Assembly (NCBI GenBank): GCA_965112735.1
Contig: OZ218953.1
Location: forward strand, 3,224,001-3,288,000
DNA: 64,000 nucleotides
Reading direction: 5' to 3'
DNA from: Phaeosaccion multiseriatum
Taxonomy: Eukaryota > Protista > Ochrophyta, other classes
In this document: in pieces, positions 12,492-25,252 of the stretch
Numbering within the stretch: the stretch's first letter is position 1
Layout: each line of letters begins with the position of its first letter
Made by a program: the position numbers and the translations under genes
The notes under the pieces: model-generated
Seen by the model: the letters and a program-made list of their open reading frames with translations, nothing else
The model's database searches: none
What the model was told of the DNA's origin: nothing

Positions 12492-13624
12492 CTGGCCTCT
12501 GTCTGGTTTTAGATCCTGTTCCCATACGATACTGCCATCTCATCTCTCGAACACCATGCAAACTCCATGCAAGACAGCAGTGTACTCCCCCCACCCCCCA
12601 TGCTCTTGAAATCCAAGAAGGAGTCCTCTTTTTTTTGCTGGCCTTCCCTCCCCTCCCCTCCCCTCCCTCAACCCCCCCCCCTCTGTCCGCTCCGCCCCGC
12701 CTCAACAACACCCCCACCACTCCCCTCATCCCCTTGCCTTTGCAGTTGTCCTTTGGCCACTCTTTCAATACATCCATTCGCCTGGTGGACAGCATCCGCG
12801 AGCTAAGCTTCGGATCCGGCTTTAAACAGAAGGTCGAGCGCTTCCCATCCCGTCTCGAACGAGTCCGCTTCGGCAGGTCCTTCCACCACCCCCTTCCTGG
12901 ACCCTTCCCCGACTCCGTCGTCGAAATAGAGTTCGACGACAGCGATTTTGACCACCCTCTGGAGGGCCTGCTGCCTCCCCGGTTGGAGCGCCTCGCCTTT
13001 ACGGCAAGGGCGGAGTATGATCACCCCCTGGGGGACCTACCCAAGACGTTGGAGCGGTTACAGCTGGGCTCGAGTCTGTCGCACCCGGTCGTCCTCCCAG
13101 AGGGTACGTTTCTTAAGCTGTTGTAAAGCCAAGCAGAGCCAAAGGCAAAGTAGTTATAGCAGTAAGACAGACGGTACGGTGGCACGCACAGTGCATGGAT
13201 GGATGGATGGATGGATACATGCAAACGGCCTGCCTGATGCAAACGGCCTGCCTGATGCAAACGGCCTGCCTGATGCAAACGGCCTGCCTGAGCTTTTGAC
13301 CCTTCCTGCCCTGCCCCCATCATATTATCATTGGCCCACTCACTCAACTCATTCATCCTTCCATTGACTGCTTGGTGCTCAATCAGGCCTGCGAGTTCTC
13401 CGTGTGAACGGAGACTACGCTTCCTGCGGTCACCCTCTGCACCTCCCAGGGAGCATCAGGAAGGTGTACTGTCGAGACACCCTCCTCCCCCTCCTGCGTC
13501 TGCCCGAGAGGGGGGTACGGCAGCGGAAGGGCGAGGAGGACAACCGGGAGGGGGACTGGCGCCGTCTGTACTACGAGGCGGTGCCGGAGGCTGTGGAAAG
13601 CACCAAGGGGTGGGGCCCCACCAC

Positions 13625-13656
<32 letters not shown>

Positions 13657-13853
13657 GTACCAGCAGTCCCCAGAAACCGCTGGGGGTCAGGGCATCGAGT
13701 GCTGTTGCGGCCGCTGCTGTTGTCCTTGAGAAAGCTGCTGTCTCACCCTCCAGGAGTATTGGCTCCGATGGCGGTACTGCTGCTGCTGCTGCTGCTGTAT
13801 CACCAACTGCTGCTGGTCTTGCAGCCGCTTCTACCTTGGCAACCTTACACTGA
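9868..13853 (+). CDS. FNIP-repeat (LRR-like) protein, multi-exon (~9868-10222, 10339-10768, 10984-11077, 11599-11769, 12087-12200, 12746-13103, 13387-13853)
   Basis: Repeated LPxxLxxLxFGxxFNxPL units, e.g. LPSSLRRLDLGYKFNHPLVLPEGLRK and ITFGNEFNQHVELPSTL. The start codon is uncertain. Confidence 0.82.
13219..13290. repeat. Intronic minisatellite, 4 x 18 bp ATGCAAACGGCCTGCCTG
   Basis: Exact head-to-tail copies with no spacers. Confidence 0.95.
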
Positions 13854-14143
13854 GATCCTGTCTTTTGTTTGCCCGGCGTACGCCGGGCACACAAAGGCGA
13901 CGTCTACATGCTCCGTTCCTGCCTCGACTTCAAGCGCTGCTCGTTCCTTAGCCACGGACTCGCACGCTGTCTGTCTGTCGTTTTTTTTTATTACTTGGAA
14001 GTACTGTAGAAAAAAGGATTGCTGAGGAGAGGGAGTTTAACCAAAGGGTGCACTTGTATCTTTCACACAAATAACAAATAACACCCCTCTGATCAGGCTT
14101 TCCGGTTCTATTTTTTATACTTCAAGTATTTAGTATGTTGTAG

Positions 14144-15125
14144 TTAATAGTCCCCCTCATCCTCTGTCTCGAGGGAGGCACTGCCCTCCTCCTCCTCCGC
14201 CGCCGCCTCACAGAGGGAGATGATCCGCCTTAGCCTCAAGAGCAGTGGAGTGGGGTTATAGGGAAACAGCCCTCGCTCGTGAAGACGCCCCACCGTTGCT
14301 TCGAGCTGCTCTCCAATACACCCCGGCGGAGATAGACAGAGACACAGACAGAAAGACAAGACAGACAAAGGCGTAGTCCAGTCGTGAGAGAGCACCTACG
14401 ACATGAATCTACACCACATGACACCATGACCCCCTCTTCCTCATCTTCCTCCTCTTGTTCCTATTGTCCGTTCGGTGGGCCGTCCGTGTGGTGTGTCCGT
14501 TTGTCCGTGTGTCCTGTGCCTCCCTCTCCCTCCTCCCTCCGTACTCTCTCACCTGCTCCATCATTTCCAAGAATCGCTGGAAGTGTTGCTCGCTGTCCTC
14601 CATCCTCCTCTGCTCTCCTTCCCCTCCGACGTGTTGTTGCGCACTGTCCTCCAGCCCCTGCCGCCCTTGTCCCCCTCCCTCTCTCTCTCTCTCTCCCCGT
14701 GCACCACGCTCGCTCCTGCTCTCACCGCCGCAAAAGGCCGTGAGGAAATCGTCCCAGTTGGCTGCTATTGCGTCGTCCATGGCTGTTTCCTCCTCTTCAC
14801 CTTTCATCTTCTCTTCCTCCTTGTCTAGGCCCTGAGTCTGACCCTGGCCCTGAGCCTTCTTCTCCTTCGAGGAGGACGACGACGACGACGACGACGAGGA
14901 GGAGGAGGAGGAGGCGAATCGCAAGACACTCGTAAAGTAGGCCAGAAACGCGGTTTCGGGCGAGATGAGCCAATCCAGCAGCACGCTGTGGTCGAAGCTC
15001 AGCTTCTTGAGAAGGGCGAGCAGCAGCCGGGCAGGATGGAGCCCCCCAAGCGCAGCCTCCGTGCCCCAAGAAGGAGAAGCAGGGGGGGGCAGGGAGGAGG
15101 AGGAGGGAACACTACTACTACTACA

Positions 15126-15162
<37 letters not shown>

Positions 15163-16383
15163 TTGTTGTTGTTGTGGCATCGCGCCTCAGGTGGGCCCTT
15201 GTGGCTAGTGGTGGTGGTGGCGCTGCTGCTGCTGCTGCTGCTGGAGGTGGTGATCCTCGGTCCCGTCGCCAGAGGAGGGGTCTTGCACATGAACACGAAC
15301 ATGTCCAGTGCTGTGCTCAGGCCCTCCACAAGCTCATCGTCTTGTTGTCCAAGCAGCCACAGCAGAGCGTCGGCAGCCTGTTGGGGGGGCAGCGATGGCA
15401 CCAGAAGGTGACTGGGAGGCAGACAGTCGGGCAATGGAGAGGGGAGGGAGGGGGAGTGAGCGGCGGAGCAGAGAGGGAGAGAGAGAGAGTGGACAATGTG
15501 TGGCGATGAATGAGGAGCTAAACGGCGCGAGCGACATTGCATGTGTGTGTGGTGTGTGTGTGTCCGTGTGTGTGTGTGGGGTGACGCGCCCTGCTCGATG
15601 ATGATGCCCTCTGCATTCACTGGTATTGGCGAAAACGCACCTGTTGACTGCGTTCCGAATCAGTTTCCCGCCTTGTGAGGCCCGCACCAGGAGCAGCAGG
15701 GCGCTTTGACGCATGAGCACCAGCACCTTCAGCTGCAGCTCTCGCCTCTCTGCGCAGGCAACGTAAGGCAAGGCAGTCAGGCAAGGCAAAGGCAACGTGG
15801 ATACACAAACAGTTCTCTCAACTAGACCACACAAAAACAGTCTCAATGCAATTCAAGGCAGCACCAATAGACCACAATGGCGTGGGGCTTCCTACCTTCT
15901 CTTACCTGCTGCCGCCTCGCCAATGAAGGTGTCCACCGCAGGGACCTCGCCAAGTCGTGCAGCAGCAGTTGGTGATACAGCAGCGCTCAGACAAGTGTGA
16001 GTATGGAGGGCTTCTGCTGACATTTGCCGCCAAGCCTGGAAGAGGAGGGGAGGGGGAGGAGAAGCCCTGGCGGTGGAAGACGCTGAAGCACCACACGCTG
16101 AAGGAGAAGGAGGAGCAGGTGGGGCGGGACGGCAGCAGTCGGTCTGTGGTGACACGGCAGCCGTAACTGCCAAGGGCAAGGGCAGCCCTGCCCGAGAGAG
16201 GGTTAGAAGCAGCTCCAGCCATCTAAAGAGAGAGGCATGTCGGTGTGCGGGGAAGGAGGGAGCAAGTCGGAGAGGGAGAGAGAGGGCGGAGATATAAAGA
16301 CAAGAGTGAGAGGAAGGGAGCGAGGGGGTGGACGGAAACTTGTACATGCATCCTTCCCCGATGGCACCTGATGGAAGGCTCTG

Positions 16384-16415
<32 letters not shown>

Positions 16416-18078
16416 ACACAATACACAAATCACGACCCACACATCGCCCCTCATCGCCCCCGGCGTGTACAATTGCTGTAGTGTACCACTAAGGCCACAC
16501 AGTTGGCAGCACATCCCTTGTGGCGTCGCGCACGCACCTGACGCGAACCTCCAAACCTGCCTGGCCGGGCAGCGCACGGTTCAGCAAGTGCACGAGCTGA
16601 CCTCTGAGCGGTCCACTGCGTCCACTGCCATCCCCATCCCTTGAGGACTCCGTTTCCACTGTAGGCAATGGTCGACTGGACGCCGCCTCATCCTGCTCCT
16701 TTCCCTCCTTCCCCTCCTCCTGCTCCGTGTGCCCCGCTTCTCCTTCTCGCGGACAGGTTCCTCCTCCTCTCTCCTCCTCAGCAGTACACCCGTCCCCTCC
16801 ACCTTGCCCATGCGGGCCGCAGGCCTTGAGAATCGGCTTGAGGGTGTCCGACAGAAGCCCAATAGCCCAATAGCGCCTGTCACTGCTGCTGCTGCTACTA
16901 GGCATGGTCGCTACGTCTCCAAAAATGGTGCCACATAGCACGGTCAGATGCGACATGGCTGCCGCCGAGCAAAGTCGGACTGCGAGAGGGACTTGTGGCC
17001 GGCCGGGTTTCCCTTCGGCTTTACTTGTCCGATCGCGACCGGCCGTCCCACCCCCACCCTGCTTCGATTCAGTCCCGGTTGGGATAGCCTCATCCGACGA
17101 CGGAGTGCATGGAGTGGAGCCACAGCTCCCTCTGGCGGCTCCATCGCCCCTCGTGTCCGCCGCACGAAGAGTGCTATCCGGGTCCTCCCTGTGCTGATGC
17201 TGTTGCTGCTGCTGCTGCTGCTGCTGCCTTTGGAGGTTTGCGGTGCGCGGCTGTCTCTCCGGATGGGACTCAGCCCGTACGCTCTTGAGAATCGCGCTGC
17301 ACATCTGCAGCAAATGCACGCTGCAGAGCCCAGCTGCTGCTGCTCCACTACGTGACGAGGGGGGGGCATCTTCTTTATCCTCCGCGGAGAGGCACCTCTT
17401 GAGCACTGCCCACACCTCAACCCAAAGCCGGTCAAGTACCTCGCCACTAGCACCTCCCCGGTTGTCCTCCCCTCCACAAGAGCAGGGGCTGTCGCACATT
17501 AGCACACTCTGCAAGCTGGTGTATAGAGCGTAGGAAGCGAGGACGTCCGTCTGGCAGGCCAAGGCGCCGAGAAGAGCACTTCCGATGCTGGCTTGTCGCG
17601 GTGGCTGTTGCAAGAAGCGCCTCAGCCTGTGTTGGAGTTGGGGGTCTTCCTCCGGCCCTTCCCGCCCCTCCTCCTCCACCTGCATCCGCCTTCTCCGCCG
17701 CTGCTGCTGAGCTTGGTGCGCAGGTGCTTGGCAGCTGCAGCGGTGGTTGACAGAGGAGCTGGGATACGACTCCGGCTGAAACGCCACCCGAATGATGTTG
17801 CACGCCCGCAAGAGGTTGGGCTCGCTGCCCTTGTTCGACGTCGGCTGATGGTGTAGGGGAAGGGACAGAGCCTCAGTAGGACGCACAGCGCTCTTGGCTG
17901 TCTCTTCGCGCACCTTCAACGCCTCCAGCAGCAGCTGCACTACAGCTGCTCTATCGGAAATCCTCTCCTCCCCCTCCCTCTCCTCTTCTCTCTCCTTCTT
18001 CCTTTGATCATGATCATTGGTCGGAGGAGACGGGAGAAACGCATCCTCAAGTCTCTCCAGCCGCCGCCTCACGGACAT
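14144..18078 (-). CDS. Lines (LINS1-like) protein, multi-exon; 5' end uncertain
   Basis: Lines C-terminal motifs LLKKLSFDHSVLLDWLISPETAFLAYF and RLHERGLFPYNPTPLLLRL. A long upstream exon spans ~16495-18078. Confidence 0.78.
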
Positions 18079-18269
18079 CTGGCAGGCAGAGACAAGAAGC
18101 AAAGAGAGAGAAGCTTGGAGTTGTGGGGGGGAGGGGGGGGAGGGGAATTGACGGATGTCAGTAGAAATCCTGAAATCTAGTGAGCTTGGCAATAGAAGTA
18201 TTGTGCGCGCTATAGGGCACCGCAGGCGAAGCCCTTCAGGGCAGTTGCGTCCTATATAGTGGTCTCGGT

Positions 18270-18850
18270 GGTGAGCAGCTGAAAGTGCGATTGCAGGACC
18301 TGCAGGGACAATTTAGCAGGTGGAAGGTGCCGCTCACGAAACGGCATTTATCGCTACCGACGGACACAAGGTGTGAACGCTACAGAGCACTTAAGGTGAA
18401 GATCTTTGGGGGAGCTGCGGTATACACAGTGTACTCGGGTTTGGATAGCTCAAAGTGCGCTTGAAGGAGCTGCGGGGAGAAAGTGGGCAGCTGAAATTTG
18501 AAGGCCCTTCCGCCCATTGACGAGCGGGGGGGGGGGGGAAGTGTACAGGCTTTAGAGCACGAGAGGTGAAGGGCTTCGGACATCTTACGGAGAACATACG
18601 TCATGTGAGGGTGGGCAGCTGAAAGTGCGATTGTAGGAGCTGTTGGGGGGGAGTGGGCAGGTGAAAAGTGAGGGCTCATTCACCCATTTACGAGGGGGGG
18701 GGGGAAGACGGGACTGTGCACGATTTAGAGCGTGGGAGGTGAGAATCTTCGCGGAGCAGACGGTCTCAGTAGCTTACTCGTTGCTTGGTAGCTGAAAGTG
18801 TGGTGACAGGATCTGCGGGGCGAAAGTGTGCAGGTGAGATGCCACACCAT
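18270..18850. repeat. Degenerate tandem array, ~4 units with ~170-bp period
   Basis: Recurrent GCAGCTGAAAGTGCGATTG.AGGA.CTG...GCAGGTG core near 18275, 18450-18495, 18615 and 18790, with linked TAGAGC...GGTGA.G motifs. Confidence 0.6.
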
Positions 18851-19166
18851 TTTGGCGGGAAATGACCTCAGACAAGTCGGAGGGAGAGGGGGGGGTTCCT
18901 CTGACATAGGCCAGGGCACAGCTAGGCTGTCTTCTTCATGGCTATTCCCCTCCCTTCGGTACGCTCTGCATGCCCTGCTGATTCAGTTTCACTTGCTCCA
19001 TGTCAAGTACATAATGAGAAAGAGGGGGGGGGGGGGGGAAGATGAGACAGGCAGAGGGAGAGAGATGGAGAGACACCTGATTGAAGCTTTATCCCCTGTG
19101 TTAACCCTATCCCTTTGCTGTACTTACTCCTGCTCTTCGGGTTAGATTTCTTCGCAAATGCCGCGC

Positions 19167-19892
19167 CCACAGGCTGGCGAAGCTGGCTGCAAGTGCAAGA
19201 CTGGGAGGGGGGGAGGAAAGGGAGGAGGAGAAGCGCTTCATATGGCTGCGAGGCAGGCTGAATCTGCACCCATGCGTCTCACTGTGCACGAAGTAGAGCA
19301 CACAGTCTTGCGTCTTGCTCCACCGTATATGCTTCACTACCCCTTTCCCCTTGATTCCATTGGCGCCCTGGCGATGCGGCCTCGGGACGCGGAACTCCAC
19401 CTTCATCCCTACCTTCACGGACCCGCTTGTCTGCCTCTCCCGAGCTTGTCTGCGGAAGTCGGTAATAACGTAATAACTGTGTCGCTGGATTCAGACGCCC
19501 CCCCACACACTTTGAGCACCACTCCACAGGCTGGCGAAGCTGGCTGCAAGTGCAAGACTGAGGAGTGGTGCTCAAAGTGTGTGGGGGGGCGTCTGAATCC
19601 AGCGACACAGGCAGCGCTTGCCCTCGTTATTACCGACTTCCGCAGACAAGCTCGGGAGAGGCAGACAAGCGGGTCCGTGAAGGTAGGGATGAAGGTGGAG
19701 TTCCGCGTCCCGAGGCCGTATCGCCAGGGCGCCAATGGAATCCAGGGGAAAGGGTTAGTGACGCACATACGGTGGAGCAAGACGCAAGACTGTGTGCTCT
19801 ACTTCGTGCACAGTGAGACGCATGGGGGAAAATTCAGCCTGCCTCGCAGCCATATGAAGCGCTTCTCCTCCTCCCTTTCCTCCCCCCCCTCC
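19167..19892. repeat. Fold-back inverted duplication (arms ~19204-19523 and ~19562-19892); the loop is a copy of the left flank
   Basis: The same peptide (VKVGMKVEFRVPRP...WSKTQDCVLYFVHSETHG...) is encoded on both strands. The 37-bp segment 19167-19203 is repeated exactly at 19524-19560. Confidence 0.9.
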
Positions 19893-21201
19893 TCCCTTGG
19901 TTTCTTTCGAGTCACAAGGGAATGTGCTCCGCATATCAGACTCTCCCCTGTGCCACGAAAGTCCCTGCAACGTCTCCTTCTTTCCTTCCACGTGAACACG
20001 CTCTCGCATTCGGGATCGATACAGACCTTCCCGTGGTCCTCCTGCTTCGGCATCCTGCTCACTCGTGACGCCCTGCGGAAAGTGGCAAAGGAGAGGGGAG
20101 AACACGTATGCGATTTTGCGCATGGGATTATGACCTTTGAAGCTAAAACTTGGTCACAATCCAGGCTATATATGAGTGATGTTGATCCACCTTGGACCGC
20201 TCGTCACTGCCAGGCGAAGCCTTCCATCTCACGCCCTCTCCCCCTCTCGTGCGCCCTCACCTTTTCGGCCACCTCGGGTGACGACCTGCGATAGACCTCT
20301 TGCCCTCCGCCCATGGACAGCGGCGGTACGGGAGTCATCAGACGTGTCCTTCGGACCAGATGACGCCCTGATGGGCCCTGAAAATGGGTAGAATAGAACA
20401 GCGTCCACGTCTCAGAGACATCCAACTGTGAAGGTGGAGTACCCTAACTTCAGGGGCAAAATTGCCGACGAGCTGGAAGCGGAAGAGCATGCGACGCATA
20501 TGAAAAGTTTCATATACTCCTGGAGAAGAGATCCTATCTTGAACCCGGCTTATCTCTATGGGCATACCCCCTCCGTCCTCTCTCTCTGTCGAAACCAAGG
20601 TTGGAGAAAAACGCACCTTTGCCGCTCACCCGCTAATTCTTGCCACAAAGCTGCTGCGAGCACGCTCTCAGCTGCCCAATCCCGATTTCACTGTGTTTTG
20701 CTCAAGCTTCCGCAAGCGCTTCGTCTGGGATAGTCCGTATATCTAGTATTCATCTCCTCTCCCCCCCCCCTAGTTGATGAAAAAAAAAAAAAACATCAAA
20801 TTTCAAATTTCGGTCCTCCAGCCCTCGGGTTGATTTATTGGCTTACGTGAATGCGTTCTTGTTTGGGGGCGCCGTCGTTGAAGAGACACCACCTCCCCCA
20901 GACGAAGACAACCCTGAAAGAAGAAGTGGGAACAACCTATTGAGTCTTTAATTCGTGGTTAGCTACTGTCGCCGTCTTCCACACCCTGCCCGTTCCATGT
21001 ATAGAGGAGTTGACAGAGAAGTACGTGTGAGGGGTTGAGGAGAGAAGAAGGCGAGAAGAGAAACAGATGCGACGCAGCGAATAGCAACAGAGGCAGATGC
21101 AAGAGAGGTAGAAACTTCAGTGCACAGGTGTGAACGAGGTCGGTCGCTGTGGCGGCTGTGCAGTTTGGAAGGAGCAGCAGTGTGGAGACGGCCCCCCCCC
21201 A

Positions 21202-22501
21202 ATGCCTCCCGCGGGAGAGGCTGAGGCCAAGTTGAGCAAGGGCGGAAGCAACCAAGGCAGCGAAAAGAGTGAGGATAGTAAGAGTCTCCAAGAGGCCGAC
21301 ACCAAGCAGGGGCAGAGCAGTGGCGGCGGACAGGATGACAAAGCAAGTAGTGCAGCAGGAACGGTGCTCGCCGCTGGTCCGCCGCGGGCGTGGCATGATC
21401 GGCTCCCTGGTCGTAGGGGAGGGCGGGTGTATAGCAGACTGCCCTGTTCATCCGGCCATATGGGCTACTTCCACTACGCCCCCAGTGCTGGGAATCGCTC
21501 CAGAAAGACCTTCTTCGAGTACAGCCTGACTACAGTGGAGCAGCTGCGGCTGCAGCACAAGGTGAGGGAAGGAACGGCACACTCCTGAGATAGTGATTTG
21601 TGTGGGGGGCTAGTGAGCACACAACCCCTTCTTAGTTAGCACTGGACTGTTCGGTTCAGGGGGGGCGGGTGTTTAGGGGCGTTTACCATGGGGCCTTGAC
21701 TGTAGTGTCCCTGATGGATGGATGGGTGGGTGGGAGGGAGGGAGGAGCGCTTTGTTCTTTTCTCCTTGCTACGCACCATCAACGCCAGTGTAGGGCGTCA
21801 GTACTCAGTGGAGGAGTGGAGAACCAACCACGGAGGGGCGGGAGGTAGACACTAGCAGCGCAGCAGGTGTTGAATAGTACAGGAGGAGAGCACAACAGAA
21901 GGGCCAGCCCTGTGTGTTCTTGCCAACGTGAAGAGAATGCTGATACTCCCTCCTCCTCTCCCCTCTGAGCTTCTCCTCTCTCTCCCTCTCACTCGCCCTC
22001 CAACCCCCCCCCCCCTCCCTCCCTCCCCCCGCCGGCTCTATGCACGCACGCACACACACACCCCTCCCTCTCCTCTCAGGTGCATGTGAACCCGCTGGTG
22101 GGCTTTGCGCACAGCGGGGACGACCTCTTTGGCCAAAAGCTTGAGGACTTTCGCCGCACGCACGCACACGTGCACCAGCATGGTCGCTTCCCCCAGGGAG
22201 GAGGAGGCGAAGACGGAGGAGGAGGAGGGCAGCGGCGGCGGGGCATCAGCTGGGGGAGCTCCGTCGATGGGGGACCTCGCATGGGCGCCTATGACGAGCT
22301 TGATTGGGGCTACACGGGAAGCCCCATGGGAGGAGGGGTGGACGCCTTCTCATCGCCGGCACGTTCCCGTTCTCGCAGCCCCGGTGTGAGGAGCAACAGG
22401 AGCGGCCGAAGTCGGAGTGGGGCAAGGACAGGGGGGGCGGGGACAGTCGGCGTGGGGCATAGCAGTGGACATAAGCTCTCACCAGGAGCAGCAGCCGCAA
22501 T

Positions 22502-22536
<35 letters not shown>

Positions 22537-25218
22537 CGGTGCACCTCAATGCAGGAGAGGAGAGTGACGAGGATGGGAAGGAACATGCAGCAGGAGCAGC
22601 AGGAAGGGGGCTCGGCTTGGCTGACCCTGGCGGCTTGCCGCACAACAAGAGCAGGGAAGACCTTGTGGGCAGCGCAGCGGCGGTGCACGAGTCCGAGTTT
22701 GGGGGCTACTGGGGAAAGCAGGTGCGTGCGTGCGTGCCTGTGTGTGTGCAAGTGCAATTACAAGTGGCAGGTTGACAGTAGCTCATCTCTGCTGCTCGCT
22801 CCTCGTGTATCCGTCTCTCACTCTCTCGTCTCCTCTTCCTCCTCCTCCGCCTCCCAGGGGGACTCGCTCTGGAAGCAAGCCTTCGTTCGGACCGCATTCG
22901 GCAGCGGGGACAACATGCTGCGCCTGGCAGAGCGAGAGCGCAGGCTCGGTCAGAGAGCCATGAACAGGGGCCCCCAGGGGGGGAGGATGGGGCATCGAGG
23001 AGCGGACATGGCGCAAGGGAGGGAGGCGAGATTCAAGTTTAACGGAGCGGTGGACGCTTCGAAGCGGTAAGAGAGGAGTAAGTCCTGCACTTTCAGGTTC
23101 AGTTTTATGTTTATGTTTTGAGTGTGAGTTGCACCCCTTTGTTGACTTGCTGCTCGTGCTCTCTGAGCACCCCAACCCATCAGTTCATGTCTCATGTCCG
23201 CAACCTTCTCCCTCCCCCCGTCCCCTTCCTCCCCCCCCCCTTCTTTCGTGTTGCTCCCGACTGACCCACCGACCAATCGAACGAATAATAACCTGTGCGT
23301 GTGCGTATGTGCATGTATGCCCCCTCCTTGTCCTGACCCCCATGTCCACCATGTCCACCATGTCCACCATGTCCACCATGTCCACCAGCAACGTGTGGGG
23401 CTCTCTCGACGATTGCGCTCTGTTGCGGCCCGAGAGGGCAGAGAGGAGTCGCCTCTACACCACCCTTGTTGCAGACGTCAACGGTTTCAGAAGGCACTTT
23501 ATGGAGTGCCATCAGCAGCACAATCGCTTGATCAACAACTTTAGAATGCACCAGAGGGAGAGGGCGATGTCCATGGCGTACAGTGGTGCGAGTGGTGTTC
23601 CGCCTTCGAGGCGGTTCAGTAGCTACGACGCGCCGCGGCAACGGAGCGGAGGCGATGGAGGAGGAGGAGGAGGAGGAGGAGGAGGAGGAGGAGGAGGAGG
23701 AGGGGGGGGGGGGGGTGAGATGCAGGGAGACAACGGCGGGCGGGGGCGGCTCCTTAGCGACGGCCGCATGCTACCTGAAGACACTGACTCCAACGAGCAT
23801 CTTGACAGGTTGGACATGCAGCAGAGACAGACAGAACGGGCAGAGCGGGCCAGAAGTCCTTCCCTGCACAGAGCAAGGTGGGAGGGGGGGGGAGGCGGGG
23901 GCGGGGACGGAGGAGCAGGAGGGGGAAGGGGAGGGGGAGGGGGGCTGCCGAGTCGAGGTGGAGGGAGGGGGCAGCGGCAGCGGCGTAGGAGTCCTCATCG
24001 CCAGCAGGCGACGGGCCGGCAGGACTATGTGCGACGCAGAATGGCCTCTCTGGCTGAAAAGGAGGGCACCAGCGAAGAGGCGGGGGCTGGTTATGGTGGT
24101 GGTGGTGGTGGTGGTGAAGGGGGGGGGGGTGACGAAGGGGTGGGGGATGGCAGTAGCGGCGCCGGCAGCGGTGGGGGTGGGGGTGGGCGGGGTAGCTTCG
24201 CACACCTCCGCTTAGCACTCGGAGGCTCCGGTCCAGAGGCCAACAGCGCTACCACCAGCACCGGCGGCCGCCACCTAGAGAGGAGCCAAAGCTACGGGAG
24301 TGGCGGAGAGAGCGGCGGGGGGAGTGACAACGGCGGAGGTAGGGGCGGAGGGGGTGGAGGGGGCGGCAAGAGTCCGCACCAGTTGCACATGCTTCGAATC
24401 CTGTCCGCAGAGGAGGTTGACGAGGTGGAGTATCTTGATCAGATGCACGACGCCGCGCTAGGAGGGCTGAGGCAGGCCAGGCTGAGGAACGAGATGCATC
24501 GACACAGTAGCGCTGGTACTGGTAGTAGTAGTGGTGGTGGTGGTGGTGGTGGTGGTGGTGGTGGTGGTGGTGGTGGACACTCACACACTTATGTCCACGG
24601 AGGAGGAGGAGGAGGAGGAGGAGGAGGAGGAGGAGGAGGAGGAGGGAACGGGGGAGGAGGGGGAGGAGGAGGACACGGTGCGGGCTATTGGTATGGCGGG
24701 GAGGGCAGTCACGGCCATCGGACTGGCAGGCCACGCGCACGATCGGATGCGGTCTTGATCCACCACGGGAGGCATTCGGTACGTGGAGGGAGGGAGGGAG
24801 GGAGGGAGGGAGGCTGGGAGGGAGGGAGGGAAGGAAGGAAGGAGAGGGGGAGGGAAGAGGAAGCGAGGGAAGAGGGAGGGAGGGGGGGAGGGAGATTAGG
24901 GGGGCACATCTAATCTCATCTGCAGAGATGATGTGAAGAGACCGTTACGTTCGTCGGCACGCCCATCGCGGGCTGCTGTGCTCCCACTCTACAGCTTTGA
25001 CCTTGACCTTGATCTTGACCTGCTTACACCTTTTTAACTGGTCCTCTACCCTTCCCCCCCTCCTCTTCTCCTTCCATCCCCTCTTGCTCCCTGTCCTGGC
25101 ATGCTCTTGCCTGCTTCAGAACGAGACCTCGCCGGCTACATCTCCTGGCTCAACGTGGTTCCCCGAGACAGTGCAAGCCGCGCGCAGCAAGCAGGACTGG
25201 AAGACCAAAAGCGAAAAG

Positions 25219-25252
<34 letters not shown>

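Noticed and set aside
19158-20294. 378-aa ORF as a real gene
   Set aside because: It runs through the palindrome, so its first half is the antisense of its second; no recognisable full domain.
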